DNA from: Raillietiella orientalis
Lineage: Eukaryota
Length of the DNA stretch: 64,000 nucleotides
NCBI GenBank assembly: GCA_036172245.1
Contig: JAYWIR010000019.1
Coordinates: 2,046,001-2,110,000, forward strand
Direction: 5' to 3'
Shown: in pieces, positions 50,601 through 64,000 of the stretch
How positions within the stretch are numbered: position 1 is the first letter of the stretch
How the letters are laid out: each line of letters begins with the position of its first letter
Position numbers and translations under genes: made by a program
The notes under the pieces: generated by a model
Told to the model about the DNA's origin: nothing
Databases searched by the model: none
The model's input: only the letters and a program-made list of their open reading frames with translations

Positions 50601-51579
50601 AGAAACGAGGGCCGAAGAACTCATGGTGGCGCGTGCTTGTGCGTGGCGTCAGCACGAAATCGCTCGTTCTGCTCCTGCGCGTAGCCGAGCAATAGGATTG
50701 TCTTCCCGCCTCCTGGGAGCTGTGGATCATGGTGGATTCGTTCTTGCTGCTTTCCACGTACTTGCATTTGTTTTTGTTTTTCTTTTGGTCCGCCAAGTAC
50801 TAAAGAACCGGACGGCTCCACGGATCCGTCACCATGGATGTTCACAAAGCTCTTCCACTGCTGCGCGTCGCCGAGGTGCGAGCGAAGCGCGGGGGAGCTG
50901 TCTTTCTCGCTGATTCCTCGGAGAAACCCCAAGGGGCCAGCCAACCTTCCAATTCTCGGCCGCTTTTGCCAACGAGGAGTCCTCCCGTGCGCGGAAGTGA
51001 GGGCACAGCCGGAGTCTGAGCCGTCCATCATCAGCCATCATTATGAGAAGACGCGAAACCCAACGACGCATCCGACTTGGCATCGATCCGGACCCGCTAC
51101 TCCGGGTACCAGACAAAAGACCGACGACAACGACACGCATATGCGACTTTGTTACAAGAACTCCCCTCCCAGCCTCTCCTTCGAGGTCGAAGTTTGCATC
51201 CCGTCAGCATGAACCTCAGGGACGTCATTCGACAGTCGTGATGGTGCGGTGGCTGGTGCCCCGGCTCTGTCAAAGAGACACCCTTACTTTCCGCACGGAG
51301 GAGACGGCTTGACGGCTTGATGTCTTGAATCCCAGCCGCGGAGGAGGCGATAGCGCCCTCACTCCCCCTGGTTCTGAACGCATGGACCACGGATGCCATC
51401 GAGTCTTTCCTGCTGCAGAGTCCGATTTGCTGAACTCGAAATTTCGAAACTCCTCATAAGCAAGACAAGTGAAGATAAAGAACGTGCTAGGAGATTTGAA
51501 CCTGCTGGTTGGATAGGGAGGGGAAGGGGGGAGGGGAAGAAATGCCAATACCTTAAGGTGTGGGACAAGACTGCTTTGT

Positions 51580-51930
51580 GTGGCATCCAGACTGAAAATG
51601 GAAGCTGTACGTAACCGGGAAGCGGTCTCATGTAACGAGCTTTGGTCCGAAGTGGTCTGTCCTCACCGTCCGGATCCGGTGCTGTACGAGAGTAGAATGG
51701 TCGTCGTGGACGTCGCCTGCTCCTTTGAGAGGCACACATGGAGCTTCCAGAAGGTTTCGAAAACCGGACAAAGACCGGTCTCAATGGGTAAGAGAGGGAA
51801 GGCGGCAAGGACGAAGACCTCACTGCCTCCGTGTCAACGACGGACTTTCGGGCAAACGTCGATGCCCTAATCTTTGGCTTCCTGGAGTTCCTCGATCCTT
51901 CACGTGAATGGGGTGATTGAAGGACTGGAG
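51580..51930 (+). mobile_element. R2-group LINE restriction-like endonuclease remnant
   Basis: RPDPVLYESRMVVVDVACSFE (PD..D motif), followed in another frame by VDALIFGFL (VDAIIVGALG-like). Confidence 0.7.
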
Positions 51931-53164
51931 ATTCTGTGGCTGCGACGCGACGGTATGAGGTGTCCCGCGGTTTCCTCGAATGTCCAGTACAACCGGGATG
52001 GACCCATAGATTGAGACGTCCCTCCAATGGGCAAGACGAACAGGACGAGCTAATGGCAGCCAACGAAGATGCGCAAGACCGAGGAAGTCTTCCGAAAAAG
52101 CAATCTGACAGCATCACGCACATGGGGCAAAAAGATGGACTCATATGAATGCGAAAGAGGAGAAGATGGTGAGGAGTGTTAACGTTCAAGGTGTTTCCAT
52201 TTTCGTTTTTTCCTTCATCACCTTAGAAACGCTTGAGAGAGTCACCGAAGGGCCCATACCTCAAAGGCTATCATTACAGCCGTCTTCCACTCGACCACAG
52301 GCATTCATGGGATTCCGGTTCCTTCCTTATGGACATCTATGGGTGGCCATAAGAAAAGAACCGAAATCTCTAGAGCATGCGAGGACCAGACACAAAATTG
52401 TGGACCAAGAAACAGTAAGCAGGTGCCGCGGGCGTGACCGGAGCGGAGACACAGAAACTACTCGGGTCGCAGATGGGTGGCCCTGCGAGCCAAGGCTGCA
52501 AACGGTTCATGGGAAAAGCTCCACCCTGCGGGGGCATCCATCAAACTTGGAATCGAACCTGCGGTCCGATATCGGAAATCTTGACGATCTCATGACGAGG
52601 TGACACGAGCGAAAGAGCGGTTTCCGAAGAAGGCCGCTGGAACGGAAGATTCAGATTTGTTTAAGCCACAGATCGGAAAGCCACGAAGAAGGAAACGTGC
52701 CGAGACCAGATAAGGATTCAGGATTGATCTGGTCCTGTCGAGGTGCGAGCAGCTGGTTCACCGTGTTTTTTTTTTTTTTTGAGCAAACAGCACATAACAT
52801 TTTAATCGGAGAGGAAGCTTTTAAAGGTGGCACATGGAGATCTGGCACTTTTGTATTGGGTTGCAAGAACGAGAACAAACTCTGCACGAAATTCTTATCT
52901 CTGTTTTCTTTTTCGATACGTCAGGAGAAAGTTGAGATCACTTGCATAAGCATTCTACTATCTATTATCCACTGCCAAGATAGAAACTAACGGATGGGCT
53001 CACCTATGGGACGGTATCGGCCCATTCGGATCGAAGACCGAAACACGAAAGGGCATGGTCCAGCACTCCGAGAATAGAATTCATCATCTACCGACGGCTG
53101 GAAAATGGAATGGCCAGCGAAGAAAATGGAAATGAGCAATAGAACATGATGGTGAAAACTCCAC

Positions 53165-53408
53165 ATGTTAAAATAATATTAATATAAACAGTATTTGTAT
53201 GTCAATAAATATTAATAAATATACATATTGAAATAAAGTCGTGTATTAATCTGTATACGTGTGTGTGTGTTTTCACTTTTTAGAATCTTTTCAATATACA
53301 TCAATTTGTATGTTAATCTATACCAATCTATATGAAATCCATATGAAAATATACATATTAATAGACCATTTATTTTCATGCTCTTTCGAGATTTCGACAT
53401 TCGGGATT
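53165..53408. mobile_element. AT-rich MITE family, right-end fragment
   Basis: CTTTCGAGATTTCGACATTCGGGATT (53383-53408) is a 25/26 reverse-complement match to the 8575-8600 TIR. Confidence 0.7.
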
Positions 53409-53749
53409 TCGATCATTTCACCGAGCGTGAAAAGGCGCTGCCCCCGGCGGAGAAAAGCAATCTACCATTCATGTATACGTGTGCATGTACGCGTACACGT
53501 GAGCTTTTCTGTTTTGTATATGCGTTTATATACCCGTGCGTGCGCGTGTAAATTGCTCTGGGACCTCCGCTGACCGGATGGAGTTTCTTTTGCTTTCGTA
53601 ATGGAAGCAGCGCTTTCCATTTCTACTTTTACTCGCTTGCGCAACCACCCTTGTGGCGAATGTGCCACTCAAATGAGCTCCCGAGCGGAATTTTCGCCAG
53701 AGCTCTTCCTCCGACGTACGAAGTGCTCCAAGAGGATGCCTCCGAACGA

Positions 53750-55500
53750 TGTTTTCCTCCAGAGTGTGACCATAATTATGGTGGGTGCAATCACCGAGGA
53801 GGAACAGTTTTCACAGAGAGAGAGGGAGAAAGAAAAAAGAAAAAACCACGTTCGACGTTGCTCCTAGAGGAATAGAAGAGCTCCTGAGCTCGTCTTCCTT
53901 GCACGGAACACGGCGCGCAGAATGCCGGATCTGGTGTTCACTGCGGGGTGAGACAATTCCGGAAAAAACGAAGTGGAAGGCCAAAGGAGACGTGACTCCG
54001 GTTAATGCAAACCCTCTGGTGGGCGCAGGAAATAGGAGCCGGACGGAACGAGTGCATCCGAAAAGGTCTTCAGGGAAGAACCAGAGACGCTTAATTTCCG
54101 AGTAAAGCGCCTTATCCAGGGCGCGTGAGCTTAGTGCAGAGAGAGACTCGCAGGCGGTGAAATCGATTAACATTTCTGGGACTCCGTAATCAAAACGCAG
54201 CTAATGAAATGAAACGCGAATCAGAGGTGCGCTGCACGTAGGAAAATTCCCATCACGACTGGAGGAGAAAACACAAAGAGGATGGGGGGAAGTCCGTGAT
54301 CTTTCCTGTCGAACAGTGGAGCTGGCGAGATGGTTTGTGGGGCCGCGAGTTCGCTGGACGCAAAAGGCTCTCGGGTCGACCCGCAGATGGACGTGCCGCA
54401 TCGTGCAGAGCGCAGAAATTGCAGGCCGAAGGATTCTCCAAGAGGGTGCCGCGAATGTGGTACTGACCGTGGCGAAAAGATGAGCGTGTCCGCCATGTCG
54501 CCAAGCAGAGTGGGGTGCGCAGGAAGGTTAATCCGAGGGCCACACATGATTTCACCCCCCTGGTGAATATTCTTGCAGGAACATCGAGAACCCTCAGTGC
54601 GGTACCGGAGAACAGGAAGGAGATGGGAGAACCACATATCTTTCTTGCAATCGGAGAACGATAGGTGCTGGAACACATTTGCGATCCAATCTCCAATCTA
54701 GACGGAAGGATGAACGCAATTCTCAACGATTTCCGCCTCGGCAGGGCAAGAATCAGCATTCGCTGAGGTGGGAAAGCAACGAAGATGGCGCTCACCAGTT
54801 CACTAAATAGGCTGGAAGCGGAAAAATTTCAAAAGACACGCGAAAGCTGGAAATAGAGATGTTCATCTGCAGCATATCAAGACTGTCATCTATACGATAG
54901 CTTCCCAAGGCTCAGTGGGGTCCCCAAGGCGGCAGCAGCAGTATGAACTCTTCATGGTCGTTTTTCGTATCCCTAGAGTCTGGTAAAGTCTTTGCCCAAG
55001 CCAAAATCTACCCTATGCATTCATCGTCCAGTGGTTGCGACTCTCAACGAAGCAGTCCAGCAAATCCGAAGAAGCAAGCACAGCTAGACGTGAAGCGTAG
55101 AGCTCTTCGACGTCCGTTGTGCCTACTCCCATTGCAAGACCTAGCGAATGATAACGGCCTTTAACGGTCTTTCGAGTAATAGTCGTGGCCCCTGGGGCTC
55201 ACATGCAGAGCAGGATAAAAAAAAGGAAAGAAAATCCCAGACGCTCCTGTTTACCGGAAGTCCGGAAGGCTGTACGTGCTCAAGTTCTTCGCCTGGCGGT
55301 CAAGAATTGCTAATCAGCTCCTGAAGTCGTTGAAGGATTGGAAGGATTTTTTGGTCCAAGGAAAGCTCACAATGCTCGAAATTCAGGCAAATCCTGGTCT
55401 TTCTACCAGGTATGGGGCAAGGAAACCGAGATCCATCTCATTGCTGCGAGATCTGCAGACCGGAAGGGAAACGTCGGCCAGCTAGCTGATCTTCGCGATC
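53750..55500 (+). mobile_element. Very decayed LINE RT region
   Basis: Only weak motifs (AITEEE, IPEK..KW, VSAM). Confidence 0.2.
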
Positions 55501-56949
55501 GCCTACGTCCGTTCTTCATCACATCGTGGTTGCCGCTGCCAAGTGTTCGAATCGGATTATATTTTCTATTTATTTTGCGAGCTTTTAGGACCCTTCCACT
55601 AGCAAGGAGCTGGTTTCGAAAGACAACTGGCACAGAATGTCACTTGACAGTGCATTCCAAGAACTCCTTTAACCTCGAATGTTGAGCCTTTCTTGAGGAA
55701 ATCTTAAAAATAGCCTGAGATTTTTCTACCACTACACTTTCAGAGTAGATAGTGGTGGAATCGAAATGCACGTTTTGTAGCTATAAGGACTGGGGGGTGG
55801 GGGGAGAGGAATATGACTCAAAACTGTTAGCGGCTCATCAATCATCAGTTGAGCTCATTGTCTGGAATAAGTGCTTCAGGTTGGATCCTTCTGCGTCATG
55901 GCTCTTCCTTATGTCTTACCTTCATTCAGAGTTTCATTGCCCAGTTTATGATTGGCTATCCAGTCGAGTAATCGGGGATTGTGCTCCTGTCCGAATTTTC
56001 CACAGCTTCCATAAGCGGTGGAGTAGTTAACTGTGCACGGCTCATGCACGAAGACACATTCTGTGCCATGGTCTGCTTCGGAACGTCGTTCATTCCCGAC
56101 ACTACGTAACACTTTCCCGGGCTTTTGTCTGCGGAGGTCATCGGGCAATCCTTCGGGCTACATCCTCAATCCGTCTGCAAACGTAACCATGCTGGGATCC
56201 TGCCGCAGCTTCTTTCTGACGCCCAGATCCATTCTCACGATTCCATGTTTCTTTTCTGAATAGCATTTGCGGTGCTTGGCTGCGCAACCACAAAGCGCAA
56301 CGGTAACTTACATACGTGCTTTATACTCATATCGTATGAGGTGAAAATTGGAGGAGGAGATTGCGGGCTCGCAGATGAATATCAATCGAAAAGCATCGCT
56401 CCTCGATGCTGCATCGAAAATCCCTCCCTTTGCGGATCCCCTGACAAAAGTTTCCGTCCTTCCGCCCCGTTCCAAGTGGCTTCGCCAACGCTGACGGCAC
56501 ACGCGAAAGAACTCCCCCTCTAGCGGGATGCTGAGAGTTTTGTCTCTCGAAACCCAAAGGTCCGCCCTCGTCGAAAGAGCTCTCTCCTCGGACGAGATTT
56601 GGATCACGGGAGATGCAAGGGCAGACGGGAAAACTTCAGTTCTTGCCGCGGCGGATTCCGAAACTTCGAAATGTGCGTTTGAACTCGCCCCACATGCGTT
56701 AGGGACAGATGAAACACTCGAGGTCGATACTTTGGATTCCGGAAGAGAGAGAGACGGCAACTTCTTCCCGGAGGCAGCTTTCCGTTTGCAGGTGTCGGTT
56801 CCATCTCTCTCGGATCAAACGGCATGCGGGCTTCATCTGCGCGTGTTGTCTGCCGAAAATCGAAGTGTCTTTCGGTCGCATCCACTTGCTATCAGGGAAT
56901 TTCCAACCCCCATCGCAACAATCTCAAACTGACCGCATCGTCATGGTCC

Positions 56950-58338
56950 AGCCGAGTTGAGAAAAGTTTGGCTGCGTGAAATCCTGATGACCAAATCTGA
57001 GATGCGTTTTGGGGTACCTCGGTGAAGTTCGGATGGAACCCAGAAACTGCAGCTTCCCGCAAAGTCCGCGTTCGAATGGCGCGATGCTTTGGTGAAAGGC
57101 TCCTTGCGCAACCCGGTCATGTTACAAAATAACCATCCGTGCCCCAAGTCGATTCCTCTCCATGCACAGCATCACGTTCTCTGCGCCTCTGAGCCAAACT
57201 TTGCTGCTTGTTCCTGCTGTTCCTCTCCGTATGTTCGTGCAGAAGCTTGAACGAACGGGCCTGCTGTGCTCCAGATACACTAACCGCTCGCTGAAGGAGA
57301 TGATGGACTGCCCGAGAACCCTGTGGACCCAGAAAACCCTTCTTGCTTTGACAGTATCGACCCTGAGGGATAGCCAAGACGGTTACCAGCCTGAAAGATG
57401 GAAAATAACCTGCGAGACGGCAGGCAAAGAGGAGCAGTTGGGATGCTGGACAGCTCTTTAACCGGCTGACGTCTCCACCCTCACCGCCCTCTCCAAAGGA
57501 CTTCTCCGTTGGGAGGATCTCCTCGGAATCCTGTTGGAGGAAGTGGAGATCCTCGCGTTCTTGGACAGCTCCGTGGTTCGGCTGAAGTGGCAGGACTCGA
57601 CGTCGCGACCGCCGCGTTGGGCCATCCCATGCAACGCCCTCCTCCACCACTGGACGAGGGGAAGTGCAGCGGCCCAGAGTGCGACAGGTGCGACGGAATG
57701 GGGAACCTTGCCGCACCTGCCTTTCGAATGTGTTGCCCTCCGGCGTGTGTGTGGGAACGTTTGAGCCACGTCCCTGAACTTCCTAAAAGACCACAAGAAG
57801 GCCTTATTCAGGCGGCGCTCTTCACGTGTGGCAGGATGTCGCATGCCACGGCGATCTCGGTTTCGTGCTGCGATCCGTGGGATCACGGAGGCTATTGCAT
57901 CCTCCTTGAGAGGATGCAAAGGACACCAGAAAGCAGTATGTGATCCTTTCCCTTTCCCTTGACACCTTTGAAGAATTCCAGCGCCAGGATTACCAGACAG
58001 AAACCGAGAGTCCAGGGCAGAGAGAATTCATTTGAAAAGCCATGTCCATTTCAGCAATTCTCTGAGAGGAAAACCAATCTGGTTCTTCACTGTACAGATG
58101 AAGAACTAGATTCTTACCTCCCAAACACTTTATAACCTTTTTGTTTGATGCTTATTTATTTATTGTTTCGTTTCCCCTTCCTTTCTCTGCACGTACCTCT
58201 TCCGGAGGCTGTTTCCCAGCAGAGAACTCCCTCGGAACATGCGGAAGTAGCGGCATTGTGCTGCCATTACAAAGTGAATGGAGGATTGATTGATAAAAGA
58301 TGTGTCTTTTGCAAGAAACGCCTCGGTGTGACCGGGTG
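56950..58338 (+). mobile_element. Diverged L1/Tx1-like LINE 3' portion
   Basis: RLKWQDS..WAIPCNALLHHWTRG, C-terminus ILLERMQRTPESSM* matching ILARMQRTPSSTW*, and end ACGCCTCGGTGTGACCGGGTG. Confidence 0.8.
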
Positions 58339-59849
58339 AAAACACGGAAACTCGAAACGAGGATGATTTTCCGGCGAGCTTTCAAGCTCCCGCAGGATGC
58401 GCATCATCCCGAATTCCCGTCATTTTTTGGCGTTTGCATCCATAATCGCGAGTCGCCTTTTTATTCCTCGCCTTCGCATGCTGAATTCTGCGTCTGTATC
58501 CATAGAAGGACTCATCGGCGATGACGCAAGCCGAAGCATGAAAGGTATTCGTTATGCTTCCAGCGAGGGAGTTCACGTTTCCTGTTTCTCTCAGAATCTG
58601 AAGCACTTTCCCGTCCCCTATAGAAAAAGCGGTGCCATCGACTAAAGGCCAGAATTGGCTGAATCGCAGCTGTTGGAGTCATTGGAACGCATGATATCCT
58701 TCCGACATTCACGAGAACTGCAGGTCGGCCTTCGATGCATCATCCTCAATACGCCACAGGGCTGCAATTTTGAGGAGCTGGATACAATACCAGCTTCAGC
58801 ACACTGGAGTCATTGCATATTTTTGTGTGCTGTAATCTGACAACACTCCCACATTCAAAAGAATTCCCGTGCTCTGCCTAACTGGAGGAAAAAAAAAAAA
58901 TGTAAAGGATCGTTTCAAAGAACCCAATCATCTCTTTTGAACTTTAGGGGAGAGATTATTTGCCGGATTCTGAATGCAGCTCAAAACGAACGGCGGCAGA
59001 GTGCCGCTGAATTCCACTGCAATTTTCTAGTCGTATTCGGTCTTTTGTCGTCCCGCTGTTCCACTGCTCTGCTCTTCTGAAATGGAAAATGAAAGTGCAA
59101 TTCTTCAGCTTTCCATTCTTCCATTTGGGCTCCGGGTTTTGCACCACGCGCGAGGAATCGTCTGCACTGCGAGATGGAAGATCTCAGCACCTGCAACATC
59201 CTACAGTTTGAGGTGCGTGTGCACCCCTATCCAAAAAATGGCTGATGTTGAATGAAATGCGAATTGATAATGTCTCGACCGTTTCCCTTAGGGCAGCGCT
59301 TCCCAAGCTACGTTCCGGGGAACACTGGTGTTCCCCAGAAAGTCAATAAGTGTTCCGTGAAAACTTATGGAAAACGAATGCATTTTGAATGCTGCGCCAA
59401 GTCGAAAGATGTTTGAAACTCTAGCGCTCCTCGCTTTGCGAGTCAGCAGCTTTGCTGATATGGTGTGCCCGAGGTCAGAAGAATTTGTCATTCAAAGACC
59501 CCAAAACATCGAAGCTATTCGTTTCACTAAACATACGCTAATTTATTTTACTACTTTCATGTGTTTTTGTTTCGCATAATTACAAATTTGAGAATGGAGG
59601 TTTGCTTTGTTTTCTCAACTCTTATGTTTACATGCTCGATTTGTTTATTATTAATATCTGCCTACCCTATAAAATAGCCCAAGCTATTCCCCCCATTTTC
59701 AGGATTTGTGAAGCGTTCCGTCATGGGAAGAAGTTTGGGAAACGCTGCCTTAGGGATAGTTTACTCCCTGATGTAGACACCCATGGGCGTAATGAAAGCA
59801 TTTGGGAATTGAGAACGAAAATGTGACGGAATTCCCTGCCTCCCTTTCG

Positions 59850-60800
59850 TCTGTCTGAATCTCATTGTAATAGTTTTGCTTCCTCTTCTTCTTGTTCTTT
59901 CGATGTCATTCTCGATAGGACTCTTCATCTGTACAGTGAAGAACCGGATTGGTCTTCCTCTCAAAGAAATGCTGAAACGGACATCACTTTTAATATCTCC
60001 CTTCCCTGGACTCTTGGTCTCTGTCAGGTAATCTTTAAAGGTCTCTGCCGCGTGAACAGAGGAAAAGTTCGGAAAATAGAAGAATGGAAAACAGGTGTTG
60101 AGGGTAGGAGAGTTGTAGCGAAACAGCCTGGGATCGATTTGAGAAAGGCTGAAATTAATTTTATATCGAGAGTGCTTGCATCGAGTTTGCCGAACCGGAA
60201 ACTGGGAAATCAGCTTCCTTGACGCGAGAAATTGAGGACGATGCTTGCTTTCAGGTCTTTCAGGAGGACTGAAAAGAACCAGTCTTCTTTCAAAGTGCTG
60301 TCTGTTTCCAAACAGTGTTGCACATCCAGTACATAGGAAGATCGAAAGTGTACGACCCATAGCGCATCCATCCTACATCATCCATCCAAGAAATCGCATC
60401 GCGTATGAGAAGAGCACCCAAATTATAGCTCGGAGTTATCATCGATATCAACTTCGGATTCTGTATATCTTACCTGGATATTCTGTGACGACCACGGTCT
60501 CCACGTGCATCCCGGGTTCCCGAGTACAATCTTTGACACTGTGCACGTACATGCGAAGAGTAAATTTTTCCTTTTCGTCAGTGGCCTCATGTTTCGTGTA
60601 CAGCTCTACCTGGTGACTTTGGGATGTTGGGTGCACCGGTGCTCCCAAACACTCTTCTCAGCTTTGAAGATTGCTTTATTTCACCAATTCGTGCACAGGT
60701 CAGCGCAATTCATGATCTGAAGAACGGCAACGTGTGAGTACATTCGCTTAACAACCGTCTCATCCAAATATTGGTGCACTTGGGATGTCTGCTGTGAAGA
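59850..60800 (-). pseudogene. Possible NACHT-like pseudogene fragment
   Basis: FSSVHAAETFKDYL (HD2-like) and VVVTEYP (sensor-like) in the expected order; weak. Confidence 0.2.
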
Positions 60801-60959
60801 ATCAAATGGTCGCTCATCTGTTGAGGAGATGAGGGACCCTACAGAATCCCCTTAGGGGCTCCTTGAAACCCAGAGTCCGCTTCAAGGGCACTGCCACCCC
60901 ACGAAGGGATGCCTAGGGCGTCCCGATGTCAGTCGAGACGGAGCTGCAGCTCTATTCTA

Positions 60960-61716
60960 GAACATTCGTCAAGTACCTCAGGAATCGTCGCGCGCCTGAC
61001 GGCTCACGCAACTCTTTAACGCCGTCCACGCCACCCGAGGGAGCGTGTGATTCTTACAGAAGGGAACCACCCTATGGATCCAGAAAGGGCTCCGGAGAAG
61101 GGAGGCCGTTTCTCTGACGCCTGGAGAAAGATCCCCGAAGGGAACCCTCGTCCTGGTTGTCTTTGAAGGAAACCCCGAAGGGAATCCTTAATTCCTTATT
61201 CTCTCCGGAGAGATTCCCGGAGGGGAGCGCTCCATTTTTTCTACTCCGAAGGGAACCCGCAAGGGAGTTGCTCCCTGTTTGCTTTTCTGAAGAGAATTCC
61301 CGAAGGGACGCTCCTGAATTTTCCCTAAAGGGCGCTACCCGAAGGGAGCGGCACGCTTCTTTGCACTCTTGAGGGATACCATCAATCCACCAGCACCATG
61401 GGTACGAGACGAAGGGTCCATCCACGAGGGGGAAGTGACGGCTCCTTTGTACAACCGGAGGGAAACTCCGAAGGGAACAGGACTCCTTGATTCTGTTTCC
61501 TGGAAGGACCCCGGATAGTCGACTCCCTATCCCGGCCACTCTTCGGAAGGATCCAGTTTTTCAGCTTCCACCGGTGTCGCATCCGAATAGAGGCTAACCA
61601 GCGTCATCTTGCAGGAGGAACGCGAACCCACGAAGCACCCCTCAATTCTCTGCGTCGATTTTTTCCGAGTATTCGAACCCGCGACTTTTGGAGCTAAGCG
61701 CGGAGACCGCAACCGA
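60960..61716 (-). mobile_element. SINE copy I, near full length (empty LINE target)
   Basis: ATTCGAACCCGCG head, target GCTTCCACCGGTGTCGCAT 61564-61582, clearest CCCGAAGGG array and GCCACCCGAGGG. Confidence 0.8.
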
Positions 61717-63039
61717 AACATGTGGCCTCCGACGCGGGCAGGATTCAAGAAGATTCACCGTGATGGAGAAGGGTTGGAACCAGCAGCGGTTCCGCGCAAC
61801 CAGAGGTTGGCGGATGAAGCCAGAATGGCAGAAACACGCAGGGGTGCACAACAAATCCCCCGGGAGATTCTACTGATGCTGCTTTTCCGCGTCATTGTCC
61901 ATTGGGCGGAAACGCGTCAGATGGAACGGGAACGAGATGCCCGCCGCCTATCGGGGAAGGCCGGACTCTCGGGGGTCACCTCACCTGCCCAATGCAGACC
62001 ATCTCTAACGTTTCGGAACCGCCCGCTTTCCGAGAGCGCTGCCTACAGAGAGAACAGAATTGGCTCCGCTCAAGATCACGACGATGGGGGAGGAGAACCT
62101 GGCGCAGCGCGAAGGGATCGGAGGAAATGCCTCTGGTATTCCAGAAGAACTTCCTTAGTGGAGGGAACATTCCCTTGCAGAATCCTCGCCTCCCCTCGAG
62201 AGCATCTCCATGAAGCCTCATAGAGAGCAGTACTTCCCATGGGAATCTAGAATGAGGTAGAACTCTCCAGACGTTTTGTGACCGGAACCCGTGTTCGGCG
62301 GCCGGACGTACGTCCTCGACTCTTTGTCTTCTGGCTCCCGAACGTGAGCCCACTTTGCTAAGGCACTCGCACGTGCAGACCCCGGGGCCTGCGCGCCGTC
62401 GTCCGCTGCCGCTCCAGGGGACCTCGTGCATACCTGGGACTTTGTCGGACCCAAGGTGTCTGCAGAGGTACATCCAACGCTTTCTCCTCGAAGGCTTGTG
62501 GATGGCCGCTCTTCGGTCTTGAAGGACGGAGCCTTGCCTGATTGTTTTTTCCTTCTCTCCCCGGTTCTCATCTGTCCTTCGGCCACCGCACAGAGTCACC
62601 GTCGTCCTTTCCTCCACACTGAGACTCTGAGCCGCACTCACTGACTCTACACCGCTGCCCGTCGCCCCACCGGCGCTTCTGCCCACTGTTCTAACGAGCT
62701 GGTTTTTCGAGCCCCAGGAGCGGTGCGACGTCCTCATACAGCAGGTGGCCTGAGAAGGGAGAGGCTTCCAGCTGAGGATGCTCCCAAGTAGCAGGCAGCT
62801 GAAACAGTTCCGTGGCAGAACTGTGCCACGAATGTTCTTGAGCCACGCGCAACCTCGCGTTCAGGTTCCCCGATCTTACGCCATCCTGCCCCCACGCTTG
62901 TGCTTCGAGCGGGGCCGGAGAGGGTTCGCCCGCCTCTTGTTCAACGGAGGGAGCCTTTCAAGCCCGAGCGGCGGCTCTTTGGAAGAAATTTTCGTCTGAC
63001 CTCGCCCCGAAGCCTGACCTTGCATCTGCGGCTGCGCGC

Positions 63040-63340
63040 ACGGCTCTACTCCACGCGCGGCAAGTTTATTTATAAAAGGGTACTTTCGTCCTCTGATGCG
63101 CTGACATCCCCGCCTCTCCAGAATTGGATGCAGCGGACTTGCCTCCGACGCTGCAGCCGTCTCCCTCATCCTGAAACGCCCCTTCCTCGTCTCCTGAAGG
63201 TGGCAAGGCAGGCGAGCTGGCAGTCACGTGTTTTCTAGGTCCTCGTCCGAGAAAATCGTGTTGATCCGAAGAGACGCACGGAGATGCACTGAGGCGATCT
63301 GGCAAGTCGGCAGTTGCGATGAAAGTCGTAATTCGAGCAC
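63040..63340 (+). mobile_element. Possible decayed R2-group RT N-terminal remnant
   Basis: RLYS..K, PHPETPLPRLLK (APGPD-like position) and IVLIRR (LIPK-like); weak. Confidence 0.25.
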
Positions 63341-64000
63341 CAAAAGGGGCGTAGAATATAGGATATGTAGAATATACCAGCTCTTGATCCCAAGCCAAGA
63401 TAGAGCCGGACAGTTGCGGTGAAAGTGAAGAAATAGAAGGCAGTACTGGTTTAAGGTGATCATCCGTTATAGATGCGTTCGATAGCCGGCGTGAGGGTAA
63501 GCAAGAAAAATCGACCTGAGGCTGCCCGAAAATACCGAGCTAATTGATGCAGTGCCACCCACGTAATCGGTGCCATGGATACCTTTGATGGTTATCACGA
63601 TACCAGTCAAAAATGAAATCTGTCACGCCCGTAGGTGGCGCAATCATTGGAACGCACCCAACTCTAACTGGATCTTCCTCTTTTGCAGCCGAATGTGCTG
63701 TAGCCGCAGTTCTGGCACCTGCTTCGTTGCCAAGCAACGGACTCTTCTCAACTTTGAGTGGATGGAGTCTGACTACCGTGCGCAACCAGGGAACGGGGTT
63801 TGCCAAGCGACGGTCCAAAGAACCGTTCAAGCGACCCTTCGACGTTTTCTTCTCCATCCCGGTGAATTTCTCCCGCTGGAATGCCGTCCCGCTGAATTTT
63901 CCCCAAACGATCGAAGCTCGGCATCTCGGAGTCTCCGTTCGTCCTTTGTGCTGATGAAAGCGCCTTGCATCTGCGGTGCTGCGTCACTCGCGCGCGCCTG

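Noticed and set aside
61130..61350. CRISPR-like regularly spaced palindromes
   Set aside because: Cores are only ~9 bp and degenerate, lie inside a dispersed SINE, and there are no cas genes in this eukaryotic context.
63540..63857. Protein-like minus-strand ORF
   Set aside because: No recognisable family and no supportable exon structure.

Overview
Repeat-dense eukaryotic DNA, probably arthropod given the degenerate TTAGG arrays (inference). No prokaryotic genes, rRNA, true tRNA or CRISPR array are visible, and most ORFs in the track look spurious. The window is a mosaic of six components. (1) Several 5'-truncated copies of one L1/Tx1-like LINE family with RT and zf-RVT motifs and a structured, non-poly(A) 3' end. 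(2) About nine pieces of a long (~0.75-0.85 kb) tRNA-headed SINE with a ~41-bp periodic CCCGAAGGG hairpin array. (3) One intact gag-like ORF1 with three CCHC zinc knuckles (23335-24462, minus strand). (4) Many old RT and restriction-like-endonuclease LINE remnants. (5) An AT-rich MITE/foldback family. (6) Possible NACHT/NLR pseudogene debris. The best find is that the LINE sits antisense at the same nucleotide site of the SINE in two separate SINE copies. One of these has an 8-bp target-site duplication (ACACTGGT) and the other holds two stacked LINE copies, while four uninterrupted SINE copies show the empty site. This suggests a SINE-targeting, sequence-specific retrotransposon. All alignments and identities were judged by eye.
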